Shown one piece after another: positions 1-8,666 of a DNA stretch of 64,000 nucleotides; position 1 is the stretch's first letter, and every line of letters starts with the position of its first letter. Made by a program: the position numbers and the translations under genes. Under the pieces are notes generated by a model. It worked only from the letters and a program-made list of their open reading frames with translations. It did not search any database and had not been told where the DNA came from. The DNA lies in IMG/VR virus record IMGVR_UViG_3300042448_001193; one strand, given 5' to 3'. This DNA comes from a virus. Its lineage: Duplodnaviria; Heunggongvirae; Uroviricota; Caudoviricetes.

Positions 1-2261
1 ATAAATGCATTCTTTAGTTTGCTTGCTGTGAAGCTACCAGAAATTTCCAGTTCACCATCATCGGCTTGCAGGTCAGCATCACCAGGAATAAAGAAAAACT
101 TATTGTAGCCATGATTGAAAGATTCCACAAACCGCTCTTCCTTCAAATCCTCGGTGAGTTTTTTAGCCAGTTCTTGGCGCTTGTGATAACCGCCATCACG
201 ATCAGGATATTTCTCATACAAGTTTTGACCTGTAGAGTCAGTGTAACGGCGAGACAAATTAGACCGTGCTGAGGCACCAGTACCTGCAATATAGAAACCA
301 ATGATTTTGGCTCCAGTTGCATTGCGATACCAATCAAAAACTACACTACGCAGGGCGGTGTCGTAATTGCCACTAGGAGCCAGCTTCTGAAACTTTGTTT
401 TAGTGTCAACCAAAACATAGTTCTTACTGTTGAAATAATTGTACATTGTGTTGGTACCACCATCCACGTAATGGTACGAAATTTCATCAGCATCACCATC
501 ATGAATCAACGCAAGGTTCACGATATCAAGATTGTTCACTTTGCGGAATTGCTCAGTCAGTGGCTTCAATGCAACCATTGCTTCCATCATAGGTGTTGCA
601 GACAATGGCTCACTCAAAGGAATACGAAAATTGCGCACATCACCATAATTCTTTTTAGAATATGCATCAGCCAATGTAACCATGTTACGAACACAGTTAT
701 TGAATTCAACATTACCCATACGTGAATTGAAATACTCACGCAAGAATACGTGGGAGAATGCCAACTCATTTTCGCCGCGGGTAAATGAATCTTTGGCAGT
801 ACGACCATGATCCATTTTGAAGCCGTCTGTTTCATTACCAAAACCATATACCACAAAAGGAATATTGACTTTACGGCAGAACATAACAAGAATCAAAATC
901 TGCTCAATGGCCGCTGCCATTTGACCCTTCATTGAACCAGAGCGATCCAACAGCAGAATCAAACCATGCGATTTACCTTTCGGCACACGGTTCATTTTCT
1001 TGAAAATGTTGTCGTCAATTTGGTATTTGTAGATGCGATTCACATCAATGTCACCAGTATTAGACACTTTAGTCTTTGAAAACTTTTCTGCGGCTTTGCG
1101 CATTTCAAATTCTTTGGCCAACAGGCTGATATATCGATCATTGTTGTTTTTGAAATCTTTGACCAATGCATCTTGCTCGGCGCGCAAATATGGGCTCCAA
1201 AACTCTTGCATTTGTTTATGCACAATGGATGCTGGTGTCAAAATTTCAGACATGATCGGTGTAGGAACATTCATGTAAGAATAGTCTTTAGACTTTTCGT
1301 CCAGAAGTTTATACTCATTTTCACGGTAAGCCTCATCCGTTTCACACGTTGGCTCAAAATCATCTTGACCAGCTACAGACTGAGTTGGTTTGAAACGATT
1401 GATTTGGTTGCCAGGTTTTGTGTCTTCGCTTTTTTCATCAGACTTTTGTGCATCAGCATTTGACTTTTTATTGCCAGGCTTTTGCTCACCATCTTCGGAT
1501 GATCCATTAGTTTCTTTACCTGAACCACTATCGGATGATCCATCAGTTTCTTTATCTGGACCATTACCAGTTGTTTCTTCCGAATCATCAGACTGGTCCG
1601 AATCATAATCAGACTCAGAGAATTCACCATCGTCCATTTCATCCATGTCCATACTAAATTGCATGGCAGGAAGTTTGTTTTGCTTTTGTTGATCTTGCTT
1701 AGAGTAATCAAAAATTGCGCCAGTGATTTCTACAACATCATCCCAAGTCTCAGCGGCTTCTACCTTGCGAACAAACTCAGACTCTTCATCCGTAAATTTG
1801 ACGCCAGTTGAAATACCACCTTTAGTGTATACGTTCAGGCGGTCAATGAATGGGAAGGTATTGATATCACGGTCACCGAGACCGAAAAAGTCACGGGACA
1901 ACAATTCGCCATATGCTTTGACGAATGAATTACGGAGACCAGGAAAGCGGCGCTTGATTTTCTTTTCGATGCGGGCATCTTCAACCACATTCAGAAAATG
2001 CTTGAAGTTGCGGCTGATCTTTTTGTCTTTGCTTGTTACGGCATTGTGCCAACCTTCTTCAGGTGTTTCCAATGCGTGACCAACTTCATGACCAAGCAAT
2101 AGATCATAAAGTTCACCAGACATATCAGTCCAGATAGGGCAGTAAAGTGTGCGATTCTTCAAGTCAAAAGCCGCAGTTTGCATCTTGCGGTGTTCAACTC
2201 GGATGTTTTCAGTAGCCATCAACTTGGCCAACTGCGACTTAGATTCTTGGGAAAAATTCAT
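1..2261 (-). CDS. Metallopeptidase (HEXXH) plus vWA/MIDAS domain protein, CobT-like, of T4-like phages; 3' end runs off the window
   Basis: Absent from the ORF track; translated by hand from ATG at 2261: MNFSQESKSQLAKLMATENIRVEH...LLGHEVGHAL (HEXXH), an acidic linker, then LAKEFEMRKAA...GKSHGLILLLDRSGSM (DxSxS MIDAS). Start, both motifs and the left-edge codons fall in one frame at the points checked. Confidence 0.8.
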   Translation of the reverse strand, partial: MNFSQESKSQLAKLMATENIRVEHRKMQTAAFDLKNRTLYCPIWTDMSGELYDLLLGHEVGHALETPEEGWHNAVTSKDKKISRNFKHFLNVVEDARIEKKIKRRFPGLRNSFVKAYGELLSRDFFGLGDRDINTFPFIDRLNVYTKGGISTGVKFTDEESEFVRKVEAAETWDDVVEITGAIFDYSKQDQQKQNKLPAMQFSMDMDEMDDGEFSESDYDSDQSDDSEETTGNGPDKETDGSSDSGSGKETNGSSEDGEQKPGNKKSNADAQKSDEKSEDTKPGNQINRFKPTQSVAGQDDFEPTCETDEAYRENEYKLLDEKSKDYSYMNVPTPIMSEILTPASIVHKQMQEFWSPYLRAEQDALVKDFKNNNDRYISLLAKEFEMRKAAEKFSKTKVSNTGDIDVNRIYKYQIDDNIFKKMNRVPKGKSHGLILLLDRSGSMKGQMAAAIEQILILVMFCRKVNIPFVVYGFGNETDGFKMDHGRTAKDSFTRGENELAFSHVFLREYFNSRMGNVEFNNCVRNMVTLADAYSKKNYGDVRNFRIPLSEPLSATPMMEAMVALKPLTEQFRKVNNLDIVNLALIHDGDADEISYHYVDGGTNTMYNYFNSKNYVLVDTKTKFQKLAPSGNYDTALRSVVFDWYRNATGAKIIGFYIAGTGASARSNLSRRYTDSTGQNLYEKYPDRDGGYHKRQELAKKLTEDLKEERFVESFNHGYNKFFFIPGDADLQADDGELEISGSFTASKLKNAF

Positions 2262-2286
2262 GACATTCTTTCTATCAACAGGATCA

Positions 2287-2314
2287 ATTATATCAGGTGC
2301 AGGAAGAATGTCAA
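2287..2314 (-). promoter_or_regulatory. Sigma70-type early promoter for the peptidase-vWA gene
   Basis: Minus strand reads TTGACA-16 nt-TATAAT, ending 25 nt upstream of the ATG at 2261. Confidence 0.8.
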
Positions 2315-2351
2315 GTACTAAAAAAGTATTAATTCACTAAAAAACAACAGT

Positions 2352-3257
2352 TCATGGCTTCCAATTGCGAGTCAGTTTCATTCCGTACTCATTATCACCT
2401 TCCGGAAGAACCACACCAGGCTTGAATCTCAGTTCATTCTTTTTGAATGGATTGTAGTCAACGTAATGGTGCCATCTACCATAGCGCCAAACAACTCTTG
2501 CAACGTCTGGATGCATTTCCTCAAGCATCTTAGATTTGTTGATTGTACCGCTACTATTATAGCCAGTCTTTTTGAAGTTTTCATCCTCATCAGCGAATTC
2601 TTTGTGGTAGAATTCTTCGGTGTTTCCACCCTTGACAGTTTGTGTAGCAGCCTTACCTTGTAAGAATGCATTGAATTGGATGGTACAATCACCATCTTTC
2701 AACACACGCAAGCAGATATCAGTGTCTTCATTGTAGCGGCCACGCCAACGGTGCTTGCAATCATTTGAAATCAACAAACAGGAATAGATTCGTGTGTTTG
2801 TGACGTATGGTGGATATTTAGAATTCGGTGCAATAAAGAAACGATATTGAAAGCCTGAGATTGGTACGTTTTCATAACGATCAACAAAGTCCTCAGCAGC
2901 TTTGAAGATAGCTCCAGACTCAACACGATATCGCTTGTTTTGTTGCAGACGGTAGAAGTCTGTGATGTTGTCATCAAGAACCCAATGCTTTTCGGCACCA
3001 ATCGAAATCGCATGATCCCAACACCAGTTTCTTGCACGACCTGGACCATCACCATGATTACTGAATGGTGCAATCAACAAGGTGACATATGGGCGAATAC
3101 CAAATGCATCAAGTGCTTTCTCATAATTTTCTTCATCTTGTGGCTCAATTGCAATGAAGTGTGGCACTTTCATTCTAGCCAAAGACCTAGAGGTCAGCAT
3201 GGATTCATGGCGACCTTTAGAGATAATGTAAACGGGATGTTTTGGGTTGATGATCAT
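2352..3257 (-). CDS. TET-associated (TAGT/GREB1-like) GT-A glycosyltransferase, probable DNA base hypermodification
   Basis: Motifs VYIISKGR, ARNWCWDHA, HWVLDDNI, YSCLLI, WRGRYNEDTD and KxxTQTVKGGN match the phage TAGT family. Start moved to MIINP (3257), which forms an ATGA overlap with the upstream stop. Confidence 0.7.
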   Translation of the reverse strand: MIINPKHPVYIISKGRHESMLTSRSLARMKVPHFIAIEPQDEENYEKALDAFGIRPYVTLLIAPFSNHGDGPGRARNWCWDHAISIGAEKHWVLDDNITDFYRLQQNKRYRVESGAIFKAAEDFVDRYENVPISGFQYRFFIAPNSKYPPYVTNTRIYSCLLISNDCKHRWRGRYNEDTDICLRVLKDGDCTIQFNAFLQGKAATQTVKGGNTEEFYHKEFADEDENFKKTGYNSSGTINKSKMLEEMHPDVARVVWRYGRWHHYVDYNPFKKNELRFKPGVVLPEGDNEYGMKLTRNWKP

Positions 3258-3616
3258 TCTACAATCCAACGAGTCAATGAGTTGTCTTCAATTTCAAGTT
3301 TAGGATACCAGATGCTTTTTGTTTTGTCAGTGAGTTTCTGGTCAACAAGTTTTGCAAATTCATTATAGTCTTCCTCACTGCGAAAGTTCAGATAGATTTG
3401 TCTCCAAGGAGGGTTATCATTCTGATCATATGTCGGCATGCCTTTCCAGTGCTTCTTCCAAATCTGATCACGAGTCAGCAGAGAGTCGTCTGGTTCAGCA
3501 ATCAAATTTTCTTGCACACCACCATCAATGAATTTGGTAACATCGATGTAATCTTCGGCTTGAAAGTCTAGGCAACTTTCATATTCAGTTGTTTCTTCAA
3601 CTTTTTTATCTGTCAT
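3254..3616 (-). CDS. Small partner protein typically encoded next to TAGT-family glycosyltransferases
   Basis: WKGMP..DQ.D.PP...LNFR.EEDY..FA.LV.QKLT.KTKSIWYP pattern; translationally coupled to the GT gene. Confidence 0.55.
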   Translation of the reverse strand: MTDKKVEETTEYESCLDFQAEDYIDVTKFIDGGVQENLIAEPDDSLLTRDQIWKKHWKGMPTYDQNDNPPWRQIYLNFRSEEDYNEFAKLVDQKLTDKTKSIWYPKLEIEDNSLTRWIVE

Positions 3617-4194
3617 TTGTTTCTCCGAACGTGTTTCTTGATTACCTTAGCTTGGCGCTTTCTTGCCATTTGTAGTGCTACAGGTTTAACATGCTGAGTA
3701 TACACTACACCGTTCATATGGTCAAGCTCATGCTGGTAAACTTGTGCTGTCAGACCTTCAAAATGTGTAGTAACTAAGTTTGCTTTTTCATCATAGTACT
3801 CAACATCAATACTACCATATCTAGGAACGTTTAAATTCAAGCCAGGAAATGATAGGCAACCTTCAGGTTTACGAATCTCTTCACCTTGCGTGGCAACAAT
3901 CTTTGGATTGAAACACACGATACCATCACCAATCACGAACACCCTAAAGCCGATGCCGACTTGATTCGCAGACAAACCAAGACCACTATATGCGGCTTGT
4001 GTCTTTTGCAGTTGGCGAATAAATTTTTGTATGCCTGGTTGCATGATTTGAGTGATATCAAAATCAGGCATGACCTGTGATAGCTTAGGATGTCCCTCAG
4101 CTAGTATGGGCAAAATTGAAACAACCTCTTCAACAACTTTTGTTGGTGAATTGGTATTAATTGTTATAACGTCATTGTCATTCATCGTGTCCAT
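3613..4194 (-). CDS. def: Peptide deformylase
   Basis: All three PDF motifs present: GLGLSANQVG, EGCLSFP, QHELDHMNG. The true start may be the second Met (4185). Confidence 0.95.
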   Translation of the reverse strand: MDTMNDNDVITINTNSPTKVVEEVVSILPILAEGHPKLSQVMPDFDITQIMQPGIQKFIRQLQKTQAAYSGLGLSANQVGIGFRVFVIGDGIVCFNPKIVATQGEEIRKPEGCLSFPGLNLNVPRYGSIDVEYYDEKANLVTTHFEGLTAQVYQHELDHMNGVVYTQHVKPVALQMARKRQAKVIKKHVRRNK

Positions 4195-4382
4195 CCTTCA
4201 GCGCATCCTTCGGCTTTTTCATATTTCATAAAATACTCAGCATGATTATAGTCAGTATCTGCATCATAATAAAGTACCATATACTTATGTTTTCCATTGA
4301 CTAAAAAAATCTGAGCAGACTTTGCTCCATTGCTATACTCACTAAGAGATTTCAGCACGGTGTAATCTCCTTCCATACTCAC
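4182..4382 (-). CDS. Hypothetical protein
   Basis: 66-aa ORF overlapping both neighbours in operon fashion. Confidence 0.6.
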   Translation of the reverse strand: MSMEGDYTVLKSLSEYSNGAKSAQIFLVNGKHKYMVLYYDADTDYNHAEYFMKYEKAEGCAEGWTR

Positions 4383-6091
4383 CTCGCAATCCTCGAAAAA
4401 TTATTGACCTTCTCAAACCTTATAAGATTTCTAAACTTATCTTGTAAAATATCACCCTTGTGGCTGATAACAAACAGATTGACATCCTCTAGCATCTGTA
4501 GAATCGTCATCAGATAATCTGTTCCGTTTGTATCTAGTGATGAATCAAACACTTCATCCAGAATCAGTAAGTTGGTGTTTGTTGAGTTCTTCAACTTAGC
4601 AACCGCTCTCCATGTCAACATAAGTGCCATGTCAATTCGTTGTTTCTCACCTTCACTGAAGGATGCGTAACTAAATTCATCACGGTGCCTAGACTTGATT
4701 GTTTCTTTGAATGACTCATCCAAATTGAAGTTGACAAAGAAGTCTAGTGAAGCCAGATACTTATTCACCAATTTGTTGATGATTGGTAGATATTGTTTGA
4801 TGATCTTAGTCTTGATACCAGTGTCTTTCAACAGAACGGATGCGGCATCAAGATATGTTTTTTCTTCAATCAATGCTTGCTTTTCATCAGTCAATGCAGA
4901 CAGCTTATTACGCAAGTCATTCAGTTTCAAGTTCTCTGCATCCAAATCATCCTTTGTTGAGGAGAGTGATGCAATCTCTTTTTGAAGTCGATTGATGTAT
5001 TTGTTTGTCTCAATGATTGTCGCATTGTTTGATGCGAGGCTTACTTGGCGAACACGAACCTCGTTAGACACACGAATGATTTCATTCAGTCTGTTTTGTT
5101 GCTCGGATATCTCAGTCGCAATTTTCTCAAGACCATCAGACATTTGCTTTGATGCACCAGATAGTGTGGATATTTGTTGCTCTTTGAAGTCTTGCTGAAT
5201 CTCTTGTCTGCAAGTTGGGCAACTATCACTATCATGGAAGAACTTCAAGTCTTTCTTATGCTTACTCAGATTGGTTTCAATCTTTGTTTCAAACTGGTGC
5301 AGCTTTTTTATCTTACCTTCAATAACATCACGGTCAACAATTCCAGCTTGCAAGTGTTGAACCTCAGCATTCAGAGTTTCAATGACAGATTGTACTGTCT
5401 CCATCTGCAAAAGAACTACACCAATTTCACGATTCTTTTCACTAATCATGTCATCATTGTTCTGTTTCAACTTTGAAATATGACTGTTCTGCATGTCATA
5501 TTTTGAAGTTGTCAGTTCAATGTTGTGCTTGTTGGAAGAAATAGAATCTTTGTTTGTGCTGATTTTGTCTTTCAGCACAGTGTTCATTGTGGAGAAGATT
5601 TGGATGTCCAGCAAGTCTTCAATGATTGCTCTACGATCAGCAGCAGACAACTGCATAAACGGCACAAAGGATGCTGATCCAAGAATGACAATCTGCGTGA
5701 ACGACTTGTAATTCAGTTTCAGAATCTGTTTCTCAAGTGTTTCCTGATAGTCTCTTGATGCTGCATCCTGATTCATCAGTTCGCCATTGACGAAAATCTG
5801 AAAGACTGTTGGCTTTATTCCACGTACAATCTTGTATTGCTTTGTGCCAATGGTGAATTCACACTCAACAACACAGTCTTTCATATTGATGGAGTTCACC
5901 AACTGTGGCTTATTGATGTTGCGGAATGCTTTACCAAACAACACATAGCACAATGCGTCCAGCATAGTGGATTTGCCAGCACCATTAGTGCCGACAACCA
6001 GTGTGTTTGGAGAATTGTCTAACTTGATTTCTGTCCAGTAATTGCCAGTTGACAGGAAGTTTTTAAATCTAATTGTTCTAAAGAAAATCAT
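4379..6091 (-). CDS. gp46: Recombination endonuclease ATPase subunit (Rad50/SbcC-like)
   Basis: FKNFLSTGN, Walker A GTNGAGKST, coiled coil with CPTC zinc hook, FSEGEKQR signature, LILDEVFD Walker B. Confidence 0.95.
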   Translation of the reverse strand: MIFFRTIRFKNFLSTGNYWTEIKLDNSPNTLVVGTNGAGKSTMLDALCYVLFGKAFRNINKPQLVNSINMKDCVVECEFTIGTKQYKIVRGIKPTVFQIFVNGELMNQDAASRDYQETLEKQILKLNYKSFTQIVILGSASFVPFMQLSAADRRAIIEDLLDIQIFSTMNTVLKDKISTNKDSISSNKHNIELTTSKYDMQNSHISKLKQNNDDMISEKNREIGVVLLQMETVQSVIETLNAEVQHLQAGIVDRDVIEGKIKKLHQFETKIETNLSKHKKDLKFFHDSDSCPTCRQEIQQDFKEQQISTLSGASKQMSDGLEKIATEISEQQNRLNEIIRVSNEVRVRQVSLASNNATIIETNKYINRLQKEIASLSSTKDDLDAENLKLNDLRNKLSALTDEKQALIEEKTYLDAASVLLKDTGIKTKIIKQYLPIINKLVNKYLASLDFFVNFNLDESFKETIKSRHRDEFSYASFSEGEKQRIDMALMLTWRAVAKLKNSTNTNLLILDEVFDSSLDTNGTDYLMTILQMLEDVNLFVISHKGDILQDKFRNLIRFEKVNNFSRIAR

Positions 6092-7155
6092 TCAATAATT
6101 TCAACGTTTAGTGACTCAACGTAGAGTTCACGCATAAGACCTTTTAGCTTTGTTGAGTCAACGTTTGTTGCTAATCCATCAATGTACTTTGATAGAATCG
6201 TCATAGTATCCTCAGCTTGATCAACCAAGTCGCCATCGTCAATGATTGTATCTGTGAAATCTTCAACGACAGCCACGTCTGCGACACCACCTTTATGAAG
6301 GTTGTCAATCACTGTATCAAACATGTATGCATTCTGTTTGTTAGCAACGATAACCTTCACGAAAGTGTTTGCGTATTGATCAAAATCATATGCGTTCCAA
6401 AAAGCAAAATCTTGCTGAGTGTCATCGTATATGATCTTGTGAAACATTTTATATGGATTCGCAACAAATGTCAAGTCTCTTGTGTTGGTATCAAAGATGT
6501 GGAATCCTCGTTGATCACCGTAATCAATCCAGGTGATCTCGTATTGATTTCCAAGGTAGGTAATGGTTCCATCTGTAGATTTATGATGGAAATGACCAGA
6601 TAGTACCATATCAAAACGATTAAAAGTCTTGCGATCCAAGCCTTCATGTGCAATGTTTCCTTTATCCATTTCAAAGCCAGCAATTTCAAAATGACCCATG
6701 ACGATTTCAGCTTTAGTATCTCGCAGAGACTCCATTGAATGATCATAGTTGCTAGAGTTAATCCATGGCACCAACAAGACGTTTAGACCATCATAGGTCA
6801 TGTCTTTAGCTGTTGTGAATACGTTGATGTTTGTATAGCGATCAAACAACTCATGCATCGCATTGATTTCATTTGTGTTCTTGTATGTCACATCATGGTT
6901 GCCCACGATCACGTCCATGGTGATGCCGTCACGCTCCAGAACGTCAAAGAATCTTTTGCGCCACTGATTCAGGATAACATAGTTGATGAACTTGCGGCGA
7001 TCAACAACATCACCTAGATGAATGATGTGTGTAATGCCATGTTGCTTCAGGTATGGAAAGAATGTGTTCTCCCAGAACTTGAAGAAGAATTCGTTGAACA
7101 GGAGACTGTCGCCTCTGGCTCCTGCATGAGTATCATTTATCAGTGCAATTTTCAT
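6088..7155 (-). CDS. gp47: Recombination endonuclease nuclease subunit (Mre11/SbcD-like)
   Basis: DTH, HLGDVVDRRK, VGNHD, GHFE, SGHFH metallophosphoesterase motifs; adjacent to gp46. Confidence 0.95.
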   Translation of the reverse strand: MKIALINDTHAGARGDSLLFNEFFFKFWENTFFPYLKQHGITHIIHLGDVVDRRKFINYVILNQWRKRFFDVLERDGITMDVIVGNHDVTYKNTNEINAMHELFDRYTNINVFTTAKDMTYDGLNVLLVPWINSSNYDHSMESLRDTKAEIVMGHFEIAGFEMDKGNIAHEGLDRKTFNRFDMVLSGHFHHKSTDGTITYLGNQYEITWIDYGDQRGFHIFDTNTRDLTFVANPYKMFHKIIYDDTQQDFAFWNAYDFDQYANTFVKVIVANKQNAYMFDTVIDNLHKGGVADVAVVEDFTDTIIDDGDLVDQAEDTMTILSKYIDGLATNVDSTKLKGLMRELYVESLNVEIIE

Positions 7156-7613
7156 GGGCGAACTTTACTCGCAACACGATTGCGCAACTCAGTCGTTGAA
7201 AAACTGTGCCTGCGTTGATTGTAGTAAATTTTGATATTGCGCTGTTCACAGATGCTCTTGCCTGTGAAATTCTTGTCAGCATACTCTTCACCAATGATGC
7301 GGATGCTGATCGGCAAGAACATCAACAAGTCTTCCAAATCTTTCTCTGTTTGGTACACGATGATTTCATCAACGTATTTGACTGCACTCAGTTGAACAAA
7401 TCTCTCAACGACAGATTGCACAGGTGAATTCTTGGTATCTGGGCGGTCGATGGATGGATCCAGTTGCAAACCTACGATGAGGTAATCACACACAGACTTA
7501 GCTTCGGCCAGCATAAGGATGTGACCGGAATGTAGTAGATCAAAGGTGGAACAGGTGAATCCGACTGGCTTTCCAGTCATGTCGTCAGGTAAAGATAGCA
7601 TATTGAACTCCAT
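7152..7613 (-). CDS. HxGH cytidylyltransferase (TagD/RfaE-II-like)
   Basis: GFTCSTFDLLHSGH, LIVGLQ, R...LSAVKYVDE, RRHSFSTTELR. Confidence 0.85.
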   Translation of the reverse strand: MEFNMLSLPDDMTGKPVGFTCSTFDLLHSGHILMLAEAKSVCDYLIVGLQLDPSIDRPDTKNSPVQSVVERFVQLSAVKYVDEIIVYQTEKDLEDLLMFLPISIRIIGEEYADKNFTGKSICEQRNIKIYYNQRRHSFSTTELRNRVASKVRP

Positions 7614-7616
7614 GAA

Positions 7617-8180
7617 TTATAATTCGTCAGGCAATGGGTCTTCTAGTATATCAGGTTCCATGAACTTTTCAAGACCTTTTGCTTTGGTTTTCTTCTTTTC
7701 CTTCTTCTTTTCCTCAAAAGTCTCAATGAATTCCGAAATGTTATCATACAACACGAACTGTTTCATGTTACCTTCCGAGTCTTCATACATCTCACCAGAG
7801 TCTAGGATACCAAACTGTTGAGTCGCTTTGTACTTCACATACAATTGCTTCTTTTCTTTTTGGATTCTGCGTAGGAACGCGAAGTAAATTACCTGTGTGA
7901 AGTATGCGAATGGATTGGAAGACTTTGTTGGGTCAAAGTTTCTGAAATACATGATGCAGTTTTCGATACCATCACAAATCATTTCCTCTCGGAAAGAGTA
8001 TGATATGAAGTTTGGCTTCCTGGATAGATGATTCGCAATCTTTAAAAAGCACTCACCGATATAGTTTGGAATAATCGGGTCTTCTTTACCTGCTTCTTTG
8101 GCTGCATCACATGCGGCTCTGTAACTGATCAGTGCGGCTAGAAAGTCCGCATTGTTTACGTAGTGTTTCACTTTTGTCAT
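7617..8180 (-). CDS. gp55: Late transcription sigma factor
   Basis: HYVNNADF, IPNYIGECFLKIANHLSRKPNFISY, EMICDGIENC, SNPFAYFTQ..YFAFLRRIQKEKKQ. Confidence 0.95.
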   Translation of the reverse strand: MTKVKHYVNNADFLAALISYRAACDAAKEAGKEDPIIPNYIGECFLKIANHLSRKPNFISYSFREEMICDGIENCIMYFRNFDPTKSSNPFAYFTQVIYFAFLRRIQKEKKQLYVKYKATQQFGILDSGEMYEDSEGNMKQFVLYDNISEFIETFEEKKKEKKKTKAKGLEKFMEPDILEDPLPDEL

Positions 8181-8201
8181 TATGTTTACCTAAAACATCA
8201 C

Positions 8202-8231
8202 TTGACATGCCATGGAGACTTGTCATATAAT
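8202..8231 (+). promoter_or_regulatory. Consensus sigma70 promoter oriented antisense to the phage genes
   Basis: Plus strand TTGACA(8202-8207)-18 nt-TATAAT(8226-8231) in the gap between gp55 and the upstream gene. Confidence 0.6.
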
Positions 8232-8252
8232 GGGGGTGTTGGGTGTTTAGAA

Positions 8253-8666
8253 TTAATGTATTGTTTGTTTATTAGTACTTGGTTCTTGAGGTAGTTCATC
8301 TGTATCATCTTCTAGATCAAGTTCTTCACCAGAATCAAATTCATCAAGTAATGAATTGTCAATCTGATCATTGAAGTTCGCAACGACTTCATTAGCTTCA
8401 ACGACTGCATTGTTATAGTATTCAATCAATGCTGATCTAGGCTCAACAATAGTAAGTACCTCACTCATAGAAATACATGCAGAGTTTGTTTGAATGAGTT
8501 CGATAGGTAACCATGGAGACATTAACAACATTGATTTACCAGCAGACATTCTCTTATAGAAGAGTGTCATTGGATCATACATCTCTATTATGCCATTGCT
8601 ATTCAGATGGTATGATGCGATGATATCTTCACCGTCTTTGAGCCTAATAATTTTAACATTATCCAT
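8253..8666 (-). CDS. Sm-like fold hypothetical protein conserved between uvsW and gp55
   Basis: VKIIRLKDGEDIIA and PW motifs, acidic tail, conserved position in aquatic T4-like phages. Confidence 0.55.
   Translation of the reverse strand: MDNVKIIRLKDGEDIIASYHLNSNGIIEMYDPMTLFYKRMSAGKSMLLMSPWLPIELIQTNSACISMSEVLTIVEPRSALIEYYNNAVVEANEVVANFNDQIDNSLLDEFDSGEELDLEDDTDELPQEPSTNKQTIH

Noticed and set aside
1496-1560. 36-bp tandem duplication in the vWA gene linker
   Set aside because: In-frame expansion of a disordered acidic linker (KETxGSS); no sign of a separate element.
1373-1711. 112-aa minus-strand ORF and other small ORFs over 66..2340
   Set aside because: They overlap the long peptidase-vWA frame that the ORF track missed because it runs off the window edge.
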